From positions 64,829-128,828 of the forward strand of contig JADJYT010000016.1 of assembly GCA_016719635.1 (NCBI GenBank): 64,000 nucleotides of DNA, in the 5' to 3' direction. Made by a program: the position numbers and the translations under genes. Each line of letters begins with the position of its first letter. Within the stretch, counting starts at the first letter, position 1. Of the stretch, positions 9,501 through 19,569 are shown piece by piece. The notes below the pieces were generated by a model, which worked only from the letters and a program-made list of their open reading frames with translations, was not told the DNA's origin and did no database searches. Source of the stretch: Sphingobacteriales bacterium. Lineage in GTDB: Bacteria > Bacteroidota > Bacteroidia > Chitinophagales > JADIYW01.

Positions 9501-11273
9501 TTATTCCCTTCCTTCCACTTTATATCCTTCTTTCACCTTAAATCCGGCGAACCATACGCCCGGATAAACCGGACCGGCACCGGTATTCTCAAACCTTTTG
9601 TGAACGCAGTTTCTGAAATTTTGTACGTATAAGAAAATATACGGCACTTCATCGTGTTCAATCTGCTGCCATTGTTTGTACAATTCATTCCGTTTGGTGA
9701 CATCCAGCTCTGCCCTTATTTGTTCCAGTAAAGCATCGGTTTTTGCATTGCCGAAATTCATATAATTGGACCCTCCGTTTGCAGAAGATGTATGGAAAAT
9801 CTGTTTCTCATCATCCGGACGCGGTTCTTTCACCCAACCCTGATAAAACAACTGGCAATTATGTTTCTTTAATTCATCCAGGTATAAAGCCCAGTCTAAG
9901 GCCTTTATTTCCAATTTGATACCTGCCTGTTTGAATGAATTCTGAATCAACAAACCCACTGTTTCCCTCAGCGGATTTCCGCTGTTGTATGAATAGCTGA
10001 TTTCAAATTTCGTTTTCTGGCCATCAATGACTTTATCCAGTACGCCGTCACCGTCGGAATCATTCCAGCCTGCCTCTGCCAGCAATGCCTTTGCCTTTTC
10101 CACATCATACGGATATGGAGTAATGCCGCTGTTGTATGCGTCCTTTTTCATGGGTAAGATAGAACCGATGGTGCGTATCCCCTTGCCATATAACACTTTC
10201 TCAATAATCTGATCTACATTCGTCAGGTAACACAATGCCTGTCTTACCTTCTGATCCGTCAGCACCTTATCTCTTCCATTCACACCTATCGCCTGATAAG
10301 CCAGCATCTGGGGCTCCGATTTCACAAAATTCTGTTTGAACTTCGGAGAATTATCCAATTCCACATATTCCTTTACCGGTGTGACATAAATGAAATCCAG
10401 CTTTTCATCAACGAGCGCCGTAAGTGCCGTATTAAAATCATTGATTGTTTCAAACACCAGTCTTTTCGGATAGGCCTCGAAGTATTCGTTTTCTTTTGCC
10501 AGTTTATCTCCCCACCAGTTTTTCTTCTTCTCTAAAATCAACCGTTGTCCCGTTTCAAATGAAACCAGCCTGTATGCTCCGGAACCCATAACAATCGTGG
10601 TATCTCTGTTTGATTTTTCTGAATTGAAGAAATCGGCAAATTCATTTATTTCCGGGTCACTGTTTGCTTTGCTGTTCCCGGAAATCAGTTCAGCAATGGT
10701 ATATTTCCTGAGCACTTTTTTAGAATCGTAGATATATTCAGGTATGATTGGAATACCGCCTGTCCCGTCTTCCATCCCTATATGTTTGGAACAAACGAAC
10801 GTAATCTTTCTGTTGTTATCCGGATACGTTTTTATATCTTTTATAAAATCTACTCCCGGTTTTACATTGTCAGTATTTGCTTTTGGACAAAATATGGTCT
10901 TAACGGTAAACAACACATCATCCGTGGTAACCGGCTGCCCGTTATCCCACACAGCTTCCTCCCGCAGTTCAAAGGTCAGCTCCGCCATGTCACCGTTCTG
11001 CACCAACTGTGGTCTGGCTTTAGCCAAAACAGGTACTAAATTCATCGTCTCATGATCATAATTCAATAATTGCTGAAAAATATTGGGAGAGATATAACTA
11101 TTGGAAAAAGCATCCGATGTCGTCATAGGATTTAATCCTTTGGCGTCCGACAAACCGTGTATCACCACCTGGTCTTTATACACTTTGTTAGACCCTCCTT
11201 TGTTGCCTTTACAACCGGATAGTGCAATCAAAACAACCGTCGCTACCCAAATAAATTTTGACTTATTGAACAT
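9501..11273 (-). CDS. ABC transporter substrate-binding lipoprotein, peptide/nickel family 5
   Basis: 590 aa. It has a lipoprotein signal (LIALSGCKG) and its size and composition are typical of OppA/DppA-like SBPs. It lies directly upstream of two Dpp-type permease genes. Confidence 0.8.
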   Translation of the reverse strand: MFNKSKFIWVATVVLIALSGCKGNKGGSNKVYKDQVVIHGLSDAKGLNPMTTSDAFSNSYISPNIFQQLLNYDHETMNLVPVLAKARPQLVQNGDMAELTFELREEAVWDNGQPVTTDDVLFTVKTIFCPKANTDNVKPGVDFIKDIKTYPDNNRKITFVCSKHIGMEDGTGGIPIIPEYIYDSKKVLRKYTIAELISGNSKANSDPEINEFADFFNSEKSNRDTTIVMGSGAYRLVSFETGQRLILEKKKNWWGDKLAKENEYFEAYPKRLVFETINDFNTALTALVDEKLDFIYVTPVKEYVELDNSPKFKQNFVKSEPQMLAYQAIGVNGRDKVLTDQKVRQALCYLTNVDQIIEKVLYGKGIRTIGSILPMKKDAYNSGITPYPYDVEKAKALLAEAGWNDSDGDGVLDKVIDGQKTKFEISYSYNSGNPLRETVGLLIQNSFKQAGIKLEIKALDWALYLDELKKHNCQLFYQGWVKEPRPDDEKQIFHTSSANGGSNYMNFGNAKTDALLEQIRAELDVTKRNELYKQWQQIEHDEVPYIFLYVQNFRNCVHKRFENTGAGPVYPGVWFAGFKVKEGYKVEGRE

Positions 11274-11329
11274 ATTACTCTTAATTTAGGTTACAAAAAT
11301 AAGTGTTTTAAACCGTTATTTCGTTAATT

Positions 11330-12238
11330 ATGGCAAAAGTAATCATTACAGGTGGAACAGGTTTGGTGGGGAAAAGATTAACCCAATTACTGCTTAACAG
11401 AGGTTATGGGGTAAATATCCTCTGCCGGAACCCCAAAAGACCGAATGAATTCAAATGGGACATTTCCGGAAACTATATCGACAAAAACGTATTTGAACAG
11501 GCAAATGCCATCATCCATCTGGCAGGTGCCGGCGTGGCGGATGAGCGCTGGACGGCGGAACGAAAAAAAGAAATCATAGACAGCCGCATACGGTCTGCCG
11601 GATTGCTGTATGACTATTTAGCCAATAACAAACATACCATTTCAAACTTCATATCGGCTTCGGCTGTCGGTTTCTACGGCGACAGGGGAAACGAAGTGCT
11701 GACTGAGACGTCAACAGCAGGTACCGGTTTCTTAGCGGATGTCTGCAAGTTATGGGAGAACGGGGCAGACACATTGGCAACTCTCCATATTCCGGTCAGC
11801 AAAATCCGGATCGGCATTGTCTTAAGTAAGGACGGAGGCGCTTTACCGAAATTAGACCTTCCGATAAGGTTTGGTATCGGTGCGTATATTGGCAGCGGAA
11901 AACAATACGTTCCGTGGATACACATCGATGACCTGTGTGCCATTATTCTGTATCTCCTGGAAAATAAAAAGTATGCAGGCATTTATAATGCAAGTGCTCC
12001 GGATATAAAAACCAACCGACAGATGAGTGCAACCATCGCAAAGGTATTGCAACGTCCCTTCATTCCGGCTCCGGCTCCGGCATTTCTGCTTAAAACCGTT
12101 ATGGGAGAAATGTCAGAGATGTTGCTGATGAGCAGCAACTGCTCTCCGGAGAAAATTACTGCCGCAGGCTTCCGTTTTCAGTTCCCTTTGCTGACAGATG
12201 CGTTGGAAAATATCTATCATACTGCTCCACCCGGTTAA
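11330..12238 (+). CDS. NAD-dependent epimerase/dehydratase family protein, YfcH/SDR39U1-like
   Basis: 302 aa. It has the Rossmann motif ITGGTGLVGKRL and a C-terminal region typical of the TIGR01777-type family, by recollection. Confidence 0.7.
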   Translation: MAKVIITGGTGLVGKRLTQLLLNRGYGVNILCRNPKRPNEFKWDISGNYIDKNVFEQANAIIHLAGAGVADERWTAERKKEIIDSRIRSAGLLYDYLANNKHTISNFISASAVGFYGDRGNEVLTETSTAGTGFLADVCKLWENGADTLATLHIPVSKIRIGIVLSKDGGALPKLDLPIRFGIGAYIGSGKQYVPWIHIDDLCAIILYLLENKKYAGIYNASAPDIKTNRQMSATIAKVLQRPFIPAPAPAFLLKTVMGEMSEMLLMSSNCSPEKITAAGFRFQFPLLTDALENIYHTAPPG

Positions 12239-12306
12239 AAATACTTTGTAATTTCAGCATTGAAAGGATATAATTTGTTATATTCACGAAACAAAAAAAA
12301 TATCCC

Positions 12307-13572
12307 ATGCGCAAGTTTTTTTTATTCTCAGTATCCGTACTTCTTACAGTTGCATTGCAGTCTTGCAAAGGCGGCAAAAAAGCAGGAGACAGCGCCGGAT
12401 TCACCTATGATGAGCAAATAGAAAAGGATTTTCTGGAAAAGCTGATCCTCGTAGAAGACGGTGGAACGGTGGAATTACCTGCCGGTAGATTTCTGTTCAA
12501 AAAGGCCCTGTCGATGGAAGGCAAAAAAGATGTCACCATTAAGGGTGCGGGTGCTGACAAAACGATACTTTCCTTTTTGGGACAAACAGAAGGCGCTGAG
12601 GGAATTAATATTACCAACTGTCAGAATGTGACGGTAACGGACTTTACCATACAGGATGCTAAAGGCGACAACCTGAAGCTGAAAGGATGCGATGGTGTGC
12701 ACATCCATCATATGAACTCCACCTGGACCACAGGGGCAGACACGTCCAATGGAAATTACGGATATTACCCGGTAGAATGCAGAAATGTGGTCATGGAGCA
12801 TTGTGAGGTATCTTATTGCGCGGATGCCGGTGTGTATATCGGACAATCCACCAATGTCACCATCCACGACTGTTACGCACACCACAACGTAGCTGGTATA
12901 GAAATTGAAAACTGCATCAACTCGGATATCTATAAAAATAAGGCGGAAAACAATTCAGGGGGGATTTTAGTTTTTGACTTGCCTAAATTATTTCAGGCAA
13001 ATGGCCGCAATGCAAGAGTTTGGGACAACGACTGCGTCAACAATAACTTTCCGAACTTTGGGAAGCCGGGAAGTATCGTTGCCAGCATCCCTCCGGGCAG
13101 CGGAATGATTATCATGGCCACGGACAGTGTAGACATCTATAATAATCGTATCACGGATAACAAAACGGTTGGCTGCGCAATTGTAAGTTATTTTACAACA
13201 GGTAAACAACTTAACGATTCCACCTATGGTCCATACTGCCATAACATCTATGTACATGATAATAAATTCAGCAGAAAAGCGATGATGATACCGGCACTGG
13301 ATACAGATTTTGGCAAACTTGCCATGGCAGCCTGTAAATCCCCTATAGATATTGTATACGACGGAAGTGCAGAGAAGAGCCTCATAGATGCGAATGGGAA
13401 TCTGCCGGAAGGCAAGAAAATCTGCATTCGCAACAACGGCGACATAAAATTCGTCAACATGAACTTGTGGAAAGCAAAAAACTTAACGGATGTGCTCCGT
13501 ACTTTCGACAAGGATATGACTAAATTCGACTGTTCTTATACGGGCATTAACGGAAATAATACGAATCTGTAA
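12307..13572 (+). CDS. Parallel beta-helix repeat lipoprotein (NosD/CASH-like)
   Basis: 421 aa with a lipoprotein signal (ALQSCKGG). Beta-helix rungs recur, for example NCQNVTVTDF, GCDGVHIHH, CRNVVMEHC, STNVTIHDC, NCINSDIY. Confidence 0.75.
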   Translation: MRKFFLFSVSVLLTVALQSCKGGKKAGDSAGFTYDEQIEKDFLEKLILVEDGGTVELPAGRFLFKKALSMEGKKDVTIKGAGADKTILSFLGQTEGAEGINITNCQNVTVTDFTIQDAKGDNLKLKGCDGVHIHHMNSTWTTGADTSNGNYGYYPVECRNVVMEHCEVSYCADAGVYIGQSTNVTIHDCYAHHNVAGIEIENCINSDIYKNKAENNSGGILVFDLPKLFQANGRNARVWDNDCVNNNFPNFGKPGSIVASIPPGSGMIIMATDSVDIYNNRITDNKTVGCAIVSYFTTGKQLNDSTYGPYCHNIYVHDNKFSRKAMMIPALDTDFGKLAMAACKSPIDIVYDGSAEKSLIDANGNLPEGKKICIRNNGDIKFVNMNLWKAKNLTDVLRTFDKDMTKFDCSYTGINGNNTNL

Positions 13573-13625
13573 ATACAAATAGTCTTTATTGGTTTCTTTC
13601 TAATGAAGTGCGCAAACAGAATTCT

Positions 13626-14699
13626 ATGAAAAAAGTATCCATCGCGGCCATCTTACTTTCGATTACCTGTGTCATCCTATTTAACCAATGTAAATTTTCC
13701 GGTGACGGCAAAGTTACGCTTGATGTTGCCGCAAAACCATTTGAGAAATTATCCCAATATCATTTCTTCAAAGGCTCATTAAAAGATCTGATACCCAATG
13801 AAAAAGTACTGCCTTATGATCTCATTACTTCGCTGTTTACCGACTATGCCCACAAATCCAGATTTGTATGGATGCCGGAAGGAGCTGCCGCTACCTACTC
13901 AAAAGACGAGGTAATGGAATTTCCTGTCGGGACCGTGCTGATAAAGAACTTCTATTATCCGCATGATTTCAGAGATGAAAGTAAGGGTAAAAGAATCTTG
14001 GAAACACGCCTGCTGGTAAAAAGAGAAGACAAGTGGGATGCATTGGATTATGTTTGGAATAACGAACAGACCGATGCTGCGCTGAACATTGTAGGCGATT
14101 CAAAGAAAGTGGACTTTATCAACCCAGAGGGTGTCACCCGGCATATCGACTATTCCATTCCAAATAAGAATCAATGTAAAAACTGTCACAACCTGAATAA
14201 TGTACAAATGCCAATCGGTCCGAAAGTGCGTTACCTGAACAAAGATTTTAAATATACGGACGGAGTAAGAAATCAGCTGGAAAAATGGACGGAAATCGGG
14301 TATCTGAAGGGGTATGAGAAAGAAGAAAACTTAACGAATAAGATTGCAGATGTATTTGATGAAAAAACCGGATCCCTGGAGGAGCGGGCAAAATCATATC
14401 TCGAAGTGAACTGTGCCCATTGTCACCGCAAAGAAGGCAGCGCCAATACCTCAGGGCTATTCCTGTTATTGAGTGAAAAAAATCCGGAAAGCTGGGGAAT
14501 CATGAAAAGTCCGGTAGCTGCCGGCAAAGCCAGCGGCAATAACCTATATGATATCGTACCCGGAAAACCCGGTGAATCCATTTTGGTTTACCGCACTGAA
14601 AGCGATGATCCGGAAATACGCATGCCTGAACTGGGAAGATCGGTGGCACATGCCGAAGCTATCATACTTATCAAAGAATGGATTGCTGCCATGAAATGA
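13626..14699 (+). CDS. Putative diheme c-type cytochrome-like protein, partner of the beta-helix protein
   Basis: Two CxxCH motifs: CKNCH at 14175-14189 and CAHCH at 14412-14426. It has a signal peptide. The ATG at 13626 is preferred over the GTG at 13608 used in the ORF track. Confidence 0.7.
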   Translation: MKKVSIAAILLSITCVILFNQCKFSGDGKVTLDVAAKPFEKLSQYHFFKGSLKDLIPNEKVLPYDLITSLFTDYAHKSRFVWMPEGAAATYSKDEVMEFPVGTVLIKNFYYPHDFRDESKGKRILETRLLVKREDKWDALDYVWNNEQTDAALNIVGDSKKVDFINPEGVTRHIDYSIPNKNQCKNCHNLNNVQMPIGPKVRYLNKDFKYTDGVRNQLEKWTEIGYLKGYEKEENLTNKIADVFDEKTGSLEERAKSYLEVNCAHCHRKEGSANTSGLFLLLSEKNPESWGIMKSPVAAGKASGNNLYDIVPGKPGESILVYRTESDDPEIRMPELGRSVAHAEAIILIKEWIAAMK

Positions 14700-14731
14700 C
14701 CGCTTTGTATTTCTAACTCCTTTATTTGACT

Positions 14732-15847
14732 ATGTTATACCGCCGTATGCCCATAGAAGCCGAATCTCCCGAAGAAATGGGCTATGGCACGATTCAGTAC
14801 AACCTGGCAGAAAGTTCGGTGAGGGATATCTATTTCCGTGACTTACATATCGACTTAAACGATTTATTCATCTGCTACGGTGAGCACCGCGGCAATGCCG
14901 GGTTGAGAAAGGAGATTGTGTTGGATGAGAAAGGCCTGGATGCGGAGGATGTATTGGTTTGTCCGAGCGCGGCTACTGCGTTGTTTATCATTTCAACCAC
15001 ATTACTGCAACCTAAGGATCATCTGATTGTATTGCGGCCGAACTATGCGACCAATATTGAAACGCCAAGGGCAATAGGCTGCACGATAAGCTATATAGAT
15101 TTGTCTTTTGAAGAAGGCTTTCAGTTTACATTAGAACAGATAAAAGAGGCAATAACACCGGAAACCAGACTCATCAGCCTTACCTCCCCACATAATCCAA
15201 CCGGTGTGGTCTTTGACGATGCATTAATTAAAAGCGTTATTGATCTCGCGAAAGAACGGAGTATATATGTGCTGGTGGATGAGACCTACCGCTACCTCCA
15301 TTTCCAATCCGGCTTAATCCCGTATTATGCAGGTATTTCAGACAATGTCATTTCTGTCTGTTCCCTGTCCAAGGCATTCGGTGTGCCGGGCATCCGCCTG
15401 GGCTGGCTCATCACTGAGAATAAGGCGCTTCAAGCCGCTTTCCTGGCCGCCAAAGAACAGATTATCATTTGTAATTCCGTAGTGGACGAAGCCATTGCCC
15501 ATCATATCCTAAAACAGAAAGATAAGTTCCTGCAACCTACCCATCAGCTTATCCGGGAACAGTTCAGCATCCTGAAAAACTGGATAACCCGTGAACAGGA
15601 TATACTGGAATGGGTGGAGCCCAACGCCGGTGTTGTCTGTTTTCCGCGAATCAAGAGAGAATACAATATTGATATAAAGAAGTTTTACACCATCTTATAT
15701 GAACAACATCAAACACTGGTTGGCGCAGGACATTGGTTCGAACAAGACGACCGCTGCATGCGGATTGGGTTCGGGTATCCTCAAAAGGAAGAATTGAGGA
15801 TTGGATTGAATAATATCTTCAACACAGCCAGGAAGGCTGCGGTTTAA
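14732..15847 (+). CDS. Pyridoxal-phosphate-dependent aminotransferase, class I/II
   Basis: It has the SLSKAFGVPGIRLGW PLP-lysine motif and NPTG. The ATG at 14732 is preferred over the TTG at 14726. Confidence 0.8.
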   Translation: MLYRRMPIEAESPEEMGYGTIQYNLAESSVRDIYFRDLHIDLNDLFICYGEHRGNAGLRKEIVLDEKGLDAEDVLVCPSAATALFIISTTLLQPKDHLIVLRPNYATNIETPRAIGCTISYIDLSFEEGFQFTLEQIKEAITPETRLISLTSPHNPTGVVFDDALIKSVIDLAKERSIYVLVDETYRYLHFQSGLIPYYAGISDNVISVCSLSKAFGVPGIRLGWLITENKALQAAFLAAKEQIIICNSVVDEAIAHHILKQKDKFLQPTHQLIREQFSILKNWITREQDILEWVEPNAGVVCFPRIKREYNIDIKKFYTILYEQHQTLVGAGHWFEQDDRCMRIGFGYPQKEELRIGLNNIFNTARKAAV

Positions 15848-15848
15848 A

Positions 15849-16541
15849 TCACTTCGCAGCTGTTGCCGGAGCCTGCATCTCATTGAACGTTACATCTGCC
15901 GGAAGCTCAAATGCCGATGACGGAACATCGGTTTCTTCGAATCGTACAAACCTGGTTTTGATGGTATGGCCACTGACGCTCATTTCTGATTGAATAGGCA
16001 ACCCTTTCCAAACATAGGATTTTCCATTCATTCCCTCTACACTAAAACTGAAGACCTTGCAATCCTTTCCATCAATAGTTTCATTGGCGATCTCCTTTAT
16101 CTGGAATTTATCTCTCATCTCCTTCGTTAAATTCTTGAAATCAATATTCTTATCGTCAAACTTGCCCTCTTCTATTCTCATTTTTGTAGCAGCCCCCATG
16201 GATGGTACCGCCCAGGTATACAGAAAACCGTCTTTTATAAGTGATCTTGTTGATGTATTGATTTTTTTACCCATCATCTCCATGCTCACCGTACTTTCTA
16301 TCAGCTGTGTTTTCCCATACCCCTCAAATGTTGTCTTAATGTTGGCATTTCCCATACCCATCATTTCAGTTTGCGTTTCCAAGATACCGGATTTAAAATC
16401 ATATCTGCCTTCAACGCCTCTGGTTTCTGTGTTTACAGACTGTGCCTGTTCTTCTGAAACAGCCTCAGAATTTGTACTGCTGTTCTTGCATGCGGAAATG
16501 CTTATTGCAAAAACGGACAATAAAACAATTAGATTTTTCAT
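15849..16541 (-). CDS. Hypothetical lipoprotein
   Basis: 230 aa with a lipoprotein signal (AISISACKN). No recognised domain. It is convergent with the aminotransferase gene. Confidence 0.55.
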   Translation of the reverse strand: MKNLIVLLSVFAISISACKNSSTNSEAVSEEQAQSVNTETRGVEGRYDFKSGILETQTEMMGMGNANIKTTFEGYGKTQLIESTVSMEMMGKKINTSTRSLIKDGFLYTWAVPSMGAATKMRIEEGKFDDKNIDFKNLTKEMRDKFQIKEIANETIDGKDCKVFSFSVEGMNGKSYVWKGLPIQSEMSVSGHTIKTRFVRFEETDVPSSAFELPADVTFNEMQAPATAAK

Positions 16542-16602
16542 TTTTATTGATTTTATACTTAAAGATACAAAAAATATCTCAATCTAACTGTATTTTTGGA
16601 AG

Positions 16603-16926
16603 ATGAACTGGCTACCGTTAGAAGAAGGGGTAAAACATAAAATCGAATCTGCACCATTATTCAAACCTATAAGAATAACCTTTGCAGGAAAAGACATCTG
16701 TGTCGTAAAAACAGAAGAGGATATCTGCGGGATCAGCAATAAATGTCCGCATGCAGGGGCGCAATTGCATTACGGACACTGCAATAAGAAAGGGATTGTA
16801 AGCTGTCCGCTGCATGGCTATAAATTTGACTGTAAAACTGGAAAGAGTGCAGACGGGAATAATTATAAAATTACCCATTATGCATTTAAGTTAGAAGAAG
16901 ATAAGTTGTATATTGGTTTAAGATAG
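16603..16926 (+). CDS. Rieske [2Fe-2S] domain protein
   Basis: 107 aa. The CPHAG...CPLHGYKF spacing is the Rieske CxH/CxxH ligand pattern. Confidence 0.8.
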   Translation: MNWLPLEEGVKHKIESAPLFKPIRITFAGKDICVVKTEEDICGISNKCPHAGAQLHYGHCNKKGIVSCPLHGYKFDCKTGKSADGNNYKITHYAFKLEEDKLYIGLR

Positions 16927-16950
16927 AAAGCTTTTTTTAGTATTCCTGAA

Positions 16951-19458
16951 ATGAGATACAGCATCCACGAAATAAAGTCCATCCTAAACGGACATTTCCT
17001 CCGGCAGCCGTCAGATGCCATTCTTACGCAGGTTTGTATTGACACCCGGAAAATAACGAACGCTGCTCAATCACTGTTCTTCTGTTTATCCGCCCGCAAC
17101 GATGGCCATCAGTATATCGGAACGGCTTTTAATAAAGGCATCCGGAATTTTATTGTATCAAAAGGAGTGGAAATTTTTCAATTTCCTGACGCAAATTTTA
17201 TCCAAGTAGATGATACCCTGCAAGCCCTGCAGCAATTAGCAAAACATCACCGCGAGCAGTTTAACATTCCGGTTATCGGCATAACCGGCAGCAACGGAAA
17301 GACCATAGTAAAAGAATGGCTGTATCAATTATTATCTGCCGAAAAAAATATTGTAAAAAGTCCTAAAAGTTATAACTCACAAATTGGCGTACCGCTCTCT
17401 GTGTTGAATATGGACGCCGCAAACGAGCTGGCAATTTTTGAAGCCGGTATTTCTACAGTTGCTGAGATGAAAAATTTAGAAAAAATAATCCAGCCCAGTA
17501 TCGGAATACTAACAAACATTGGCACCGCTCACGATGCCGGCTTTTCCTCAAAAGAAGAAAAACTGAAAGAAAAATTAAAATTATTTACGAATAGTAAAAC
17601 GCTGATTTCCTGTTATGACAATCCGCTTGTCTATACTGAAGTCGGAAAAATGGCGAAAGAAAAAGCATCATTAACGTCTGTCTCCTGGAGCGTAAATATT
17701 GATTCTGCTGTCATAATTAATTTTATTAAAAGAGAAAACGACTCTTCATTTTTCTCAATAAAAAATGGATATGGATCGACACTTGATTTCCCGGCTTTTA
17801 CATTAAAGATTCCATTTACAGATGATGCATCCTTAGAAAATTGTCTGCATTGTGTTGTTACACTTTTGCAATTAGACTATTCAACAGACATCATTCAAAG
17901 CAAAATTTTATCGCTTCGCAATTTACCAATGCGTCTGGAATTGAAATACGGCATAAACAACTGTACTATAATAGATGATTCCTACAGTGCCGATTTTCAT
18001 TCGCTTCAGGTAGCTTTAGACTTTTTCAAACAACAGGAAACACACAAAAAGAAAACGCTTATTATTTCTGAGTTTGAGGGTTCCGGTTTAAGTGAAAAAG
18101 ATTTTATTCAAAAATTAAAAGGTATACTGCAGGAAAATAAATTCGATAAACTGATTGGTGTAGGCAAATCTTTCATGCATGAAATAGAATCCCTTGCTTA
18201 CACGGTTAAGGAATGGTATGTATTTGAAAGCACGGAAAAACTGATTGAGCAGTTTAATGTATTAAAATTTGAGCATGAACTTATTTTGCTGAAAGGCGCT
18301 CGCAAATTCAGTTTTGAGAAAATCACTGCACAATTAATCGGACAAACACATGCCACCGTTTTAGAGGTAAACCTGAATGCATTGACGAATAATTTAAATG
18401 TGTATAAAAGCTATTTGCCAAAAAATTGCGGTGTCATTGCGATGGTAAAAGCCTTTTCGTATGGCAGCGGCAGTGTAGAAGTGGCCAGTTTGCTCGAAAA
18501 ACAAGGTGTAGATTATCTCGCGGTTGCTTATGCTGATGAAGGTGTTGAACTGCGAAAAGATAATATCAAAACAGCGGTTATGGTGATGAATCCTGATGCA
18601 GTAGACTTTGACAGGATGCTGGAGTTTAACCTCGAACCGGAAATTTACTCACTGAGAATCTTAAAAGAATTAATCCATTTTCTGGACTCTTTACATCATC
18701 CGGAATCATTCCATTTTAACATTCACCTGAAACTGGAAACAGGTATGAATCGTTTAGGGTTTGTTGAAGACGAATTGAATGAACTGTTAGCCATCCTCCG
18801 GCAACATCCGTACGTGGTAGTCAGGACTGTATTTTCGCACCTCGCAGCCAGTGAGGAAGCACAGTTGGACGCTTTCACGGAAGCACAGATAATAACCTTT
18901 AAAAGGCTTTCTGAGAAAATAACCGAAGGTCTTCCTTATCAGGTCAAAAGGCATTTATTAAATTCATCCGGCATTCTCCGTTTTCCTCAGGCATATTTTG
19001 ATTATGTAAGATTAGGCATTGGCCTGTACGGTGTTGACAGTTCCTCCACTATTCAGGATAAATTGCTTCCTATCGGTAAGTTAAAAACCAGGGTGGCACA
19101 AATCAAGCAGGTGAAAGAAGGAGAAAGCATCGGTTACTCCAGAAAGGGAATGGCAGACAAGGACTTAAAAATCGGCGTGCTGGCAATAGGCTATGCGGAT
19201 GGTTATGACAGGCGATTCGGCAACGGAATCGGGGAAGTTTTTATAGCAGGGCATCGGGCGAGCATCATCGGCAATATTTGTATGGATATGTGTATGGTGG
19301 ACATCACGCATATCGATGACGTGCACGAAGGGGATGAAGCCGAAATCTACGGCAAAGAAATCTCCATCATTGAACAGGCAAGGAAAATCGGAACGATTGC
19401 CTATGAATTACTGACCCGCATTTCAGGAAGGGTAAAACGTTTGTATTACCTCGATTGA
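16951..19458 (+). CDS. murF-alr: Bifunctional UDP-N-acetylmuramoyl-tripeptide--D-alanyl-D-alanine ligase / alanine racemase
   Basis: 835 aa. The N-terminal Mur ligase part has the P-loop GITGSNGKT. The C-terminal part has the alanine racemase PLP motif (VKAFSYGSG) and ends YELLTRISGRVKRLYY. Confidence 0.85.
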   Translation: MRYSIHEIKSILNGHFLRQPSDAILTQVCIDTRKITNAAQSLFFCLSARNDGHQYIGTAFNKGIRNFIVSKGVEIFQFPDANFIQVDDTLQALQQLAKHHREQFNIPVIGITGSNGKTIVKEWLYQLLSAEKNIVKSPKSYNSQIGVPLSVLNMDAANELAIFEAGISTVAEMKNLEKIIQPSIGILTNIGTAHDAGFSSKEEKLKEKLKLFTNSKTLISCYDNPLVYTEVGKMAKEKASLTSVSWSVNIDSAVIINFIKRENDSSFFSIKNGYGSTLDFPAFTLKIPFTDDASLENCLHCVVTLLQLDYSTDIIQSKILSLRNLPMRLELKYGINNCTIIDDSYSADFHSLQVALDFFKQQETHKKKTLIISEFEGSGLSEKDFIQKLKGILQENKFDKLIGVGKSFMHEIESLAYTVKEWYVFESTEKLIEQFNVLKFEHELILLKGARKFSFEKITAQLIGQTHATVLEVNLNALTNNLNVYKSYLPKNCGVIAMVKAFSYGSGSVEVASLLEKQGVDYLAVAYADEGVELRKDNIKTAVMVMNPDAVDFDRMLEFNLEPEIYSLRILKELIHFLDSLHHPESFHFNIHLKLETGMNRLGFVEDELNELLAILRQHPYVVVRTVFSHLAASEEAQLDAFTEAQIITFKRLSEKITEGLPYQVKRHLLNSSGILRFPQAYFDYVRLGIGLYGVDSSSTIQDKLLPIGKLKTRVAQIKQVKEGESIGYSRKGMADKDLKIGVLAIGYADGYDRRFGNGIGEVFIAGHRASIIGNICMDMCMVDITHIDDVHEGDEAEIYGKEISIIEQARKIGTIAYELLTRISGRVKRLYYLD
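19429..19458 (+). repeat. Direct repeat copy 1 (last 30 nt of murF-alr including the TGA stop)
   Basis: The sequence agggtaaaacgtttgtattacctcgattga is identical to 22031-22060. Confidence 0.95.
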
Positions 19459-19569
19459 GGAAGACAATCAAAAGAGCAAATCAACGATTGCTGAATAAAA
19501 AAGCTGAATTTCGTTATTTTGAATTATATTTACAATTAATAGATTCTATATTAACATAGTACTAAAAAC

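Noticed and set aside
16057-16587. 176-aa plus-strand ORF
   Set aside because: It is antisense to the 15849-16541 lipoprotein gene. Its composition (S/I/F/L-rich) is typical of the reverse frame of a K/E/N-rich gene. I judge the minus-strand ORF with its lipoprotein signal more plausible, though neither has a recognised domain.
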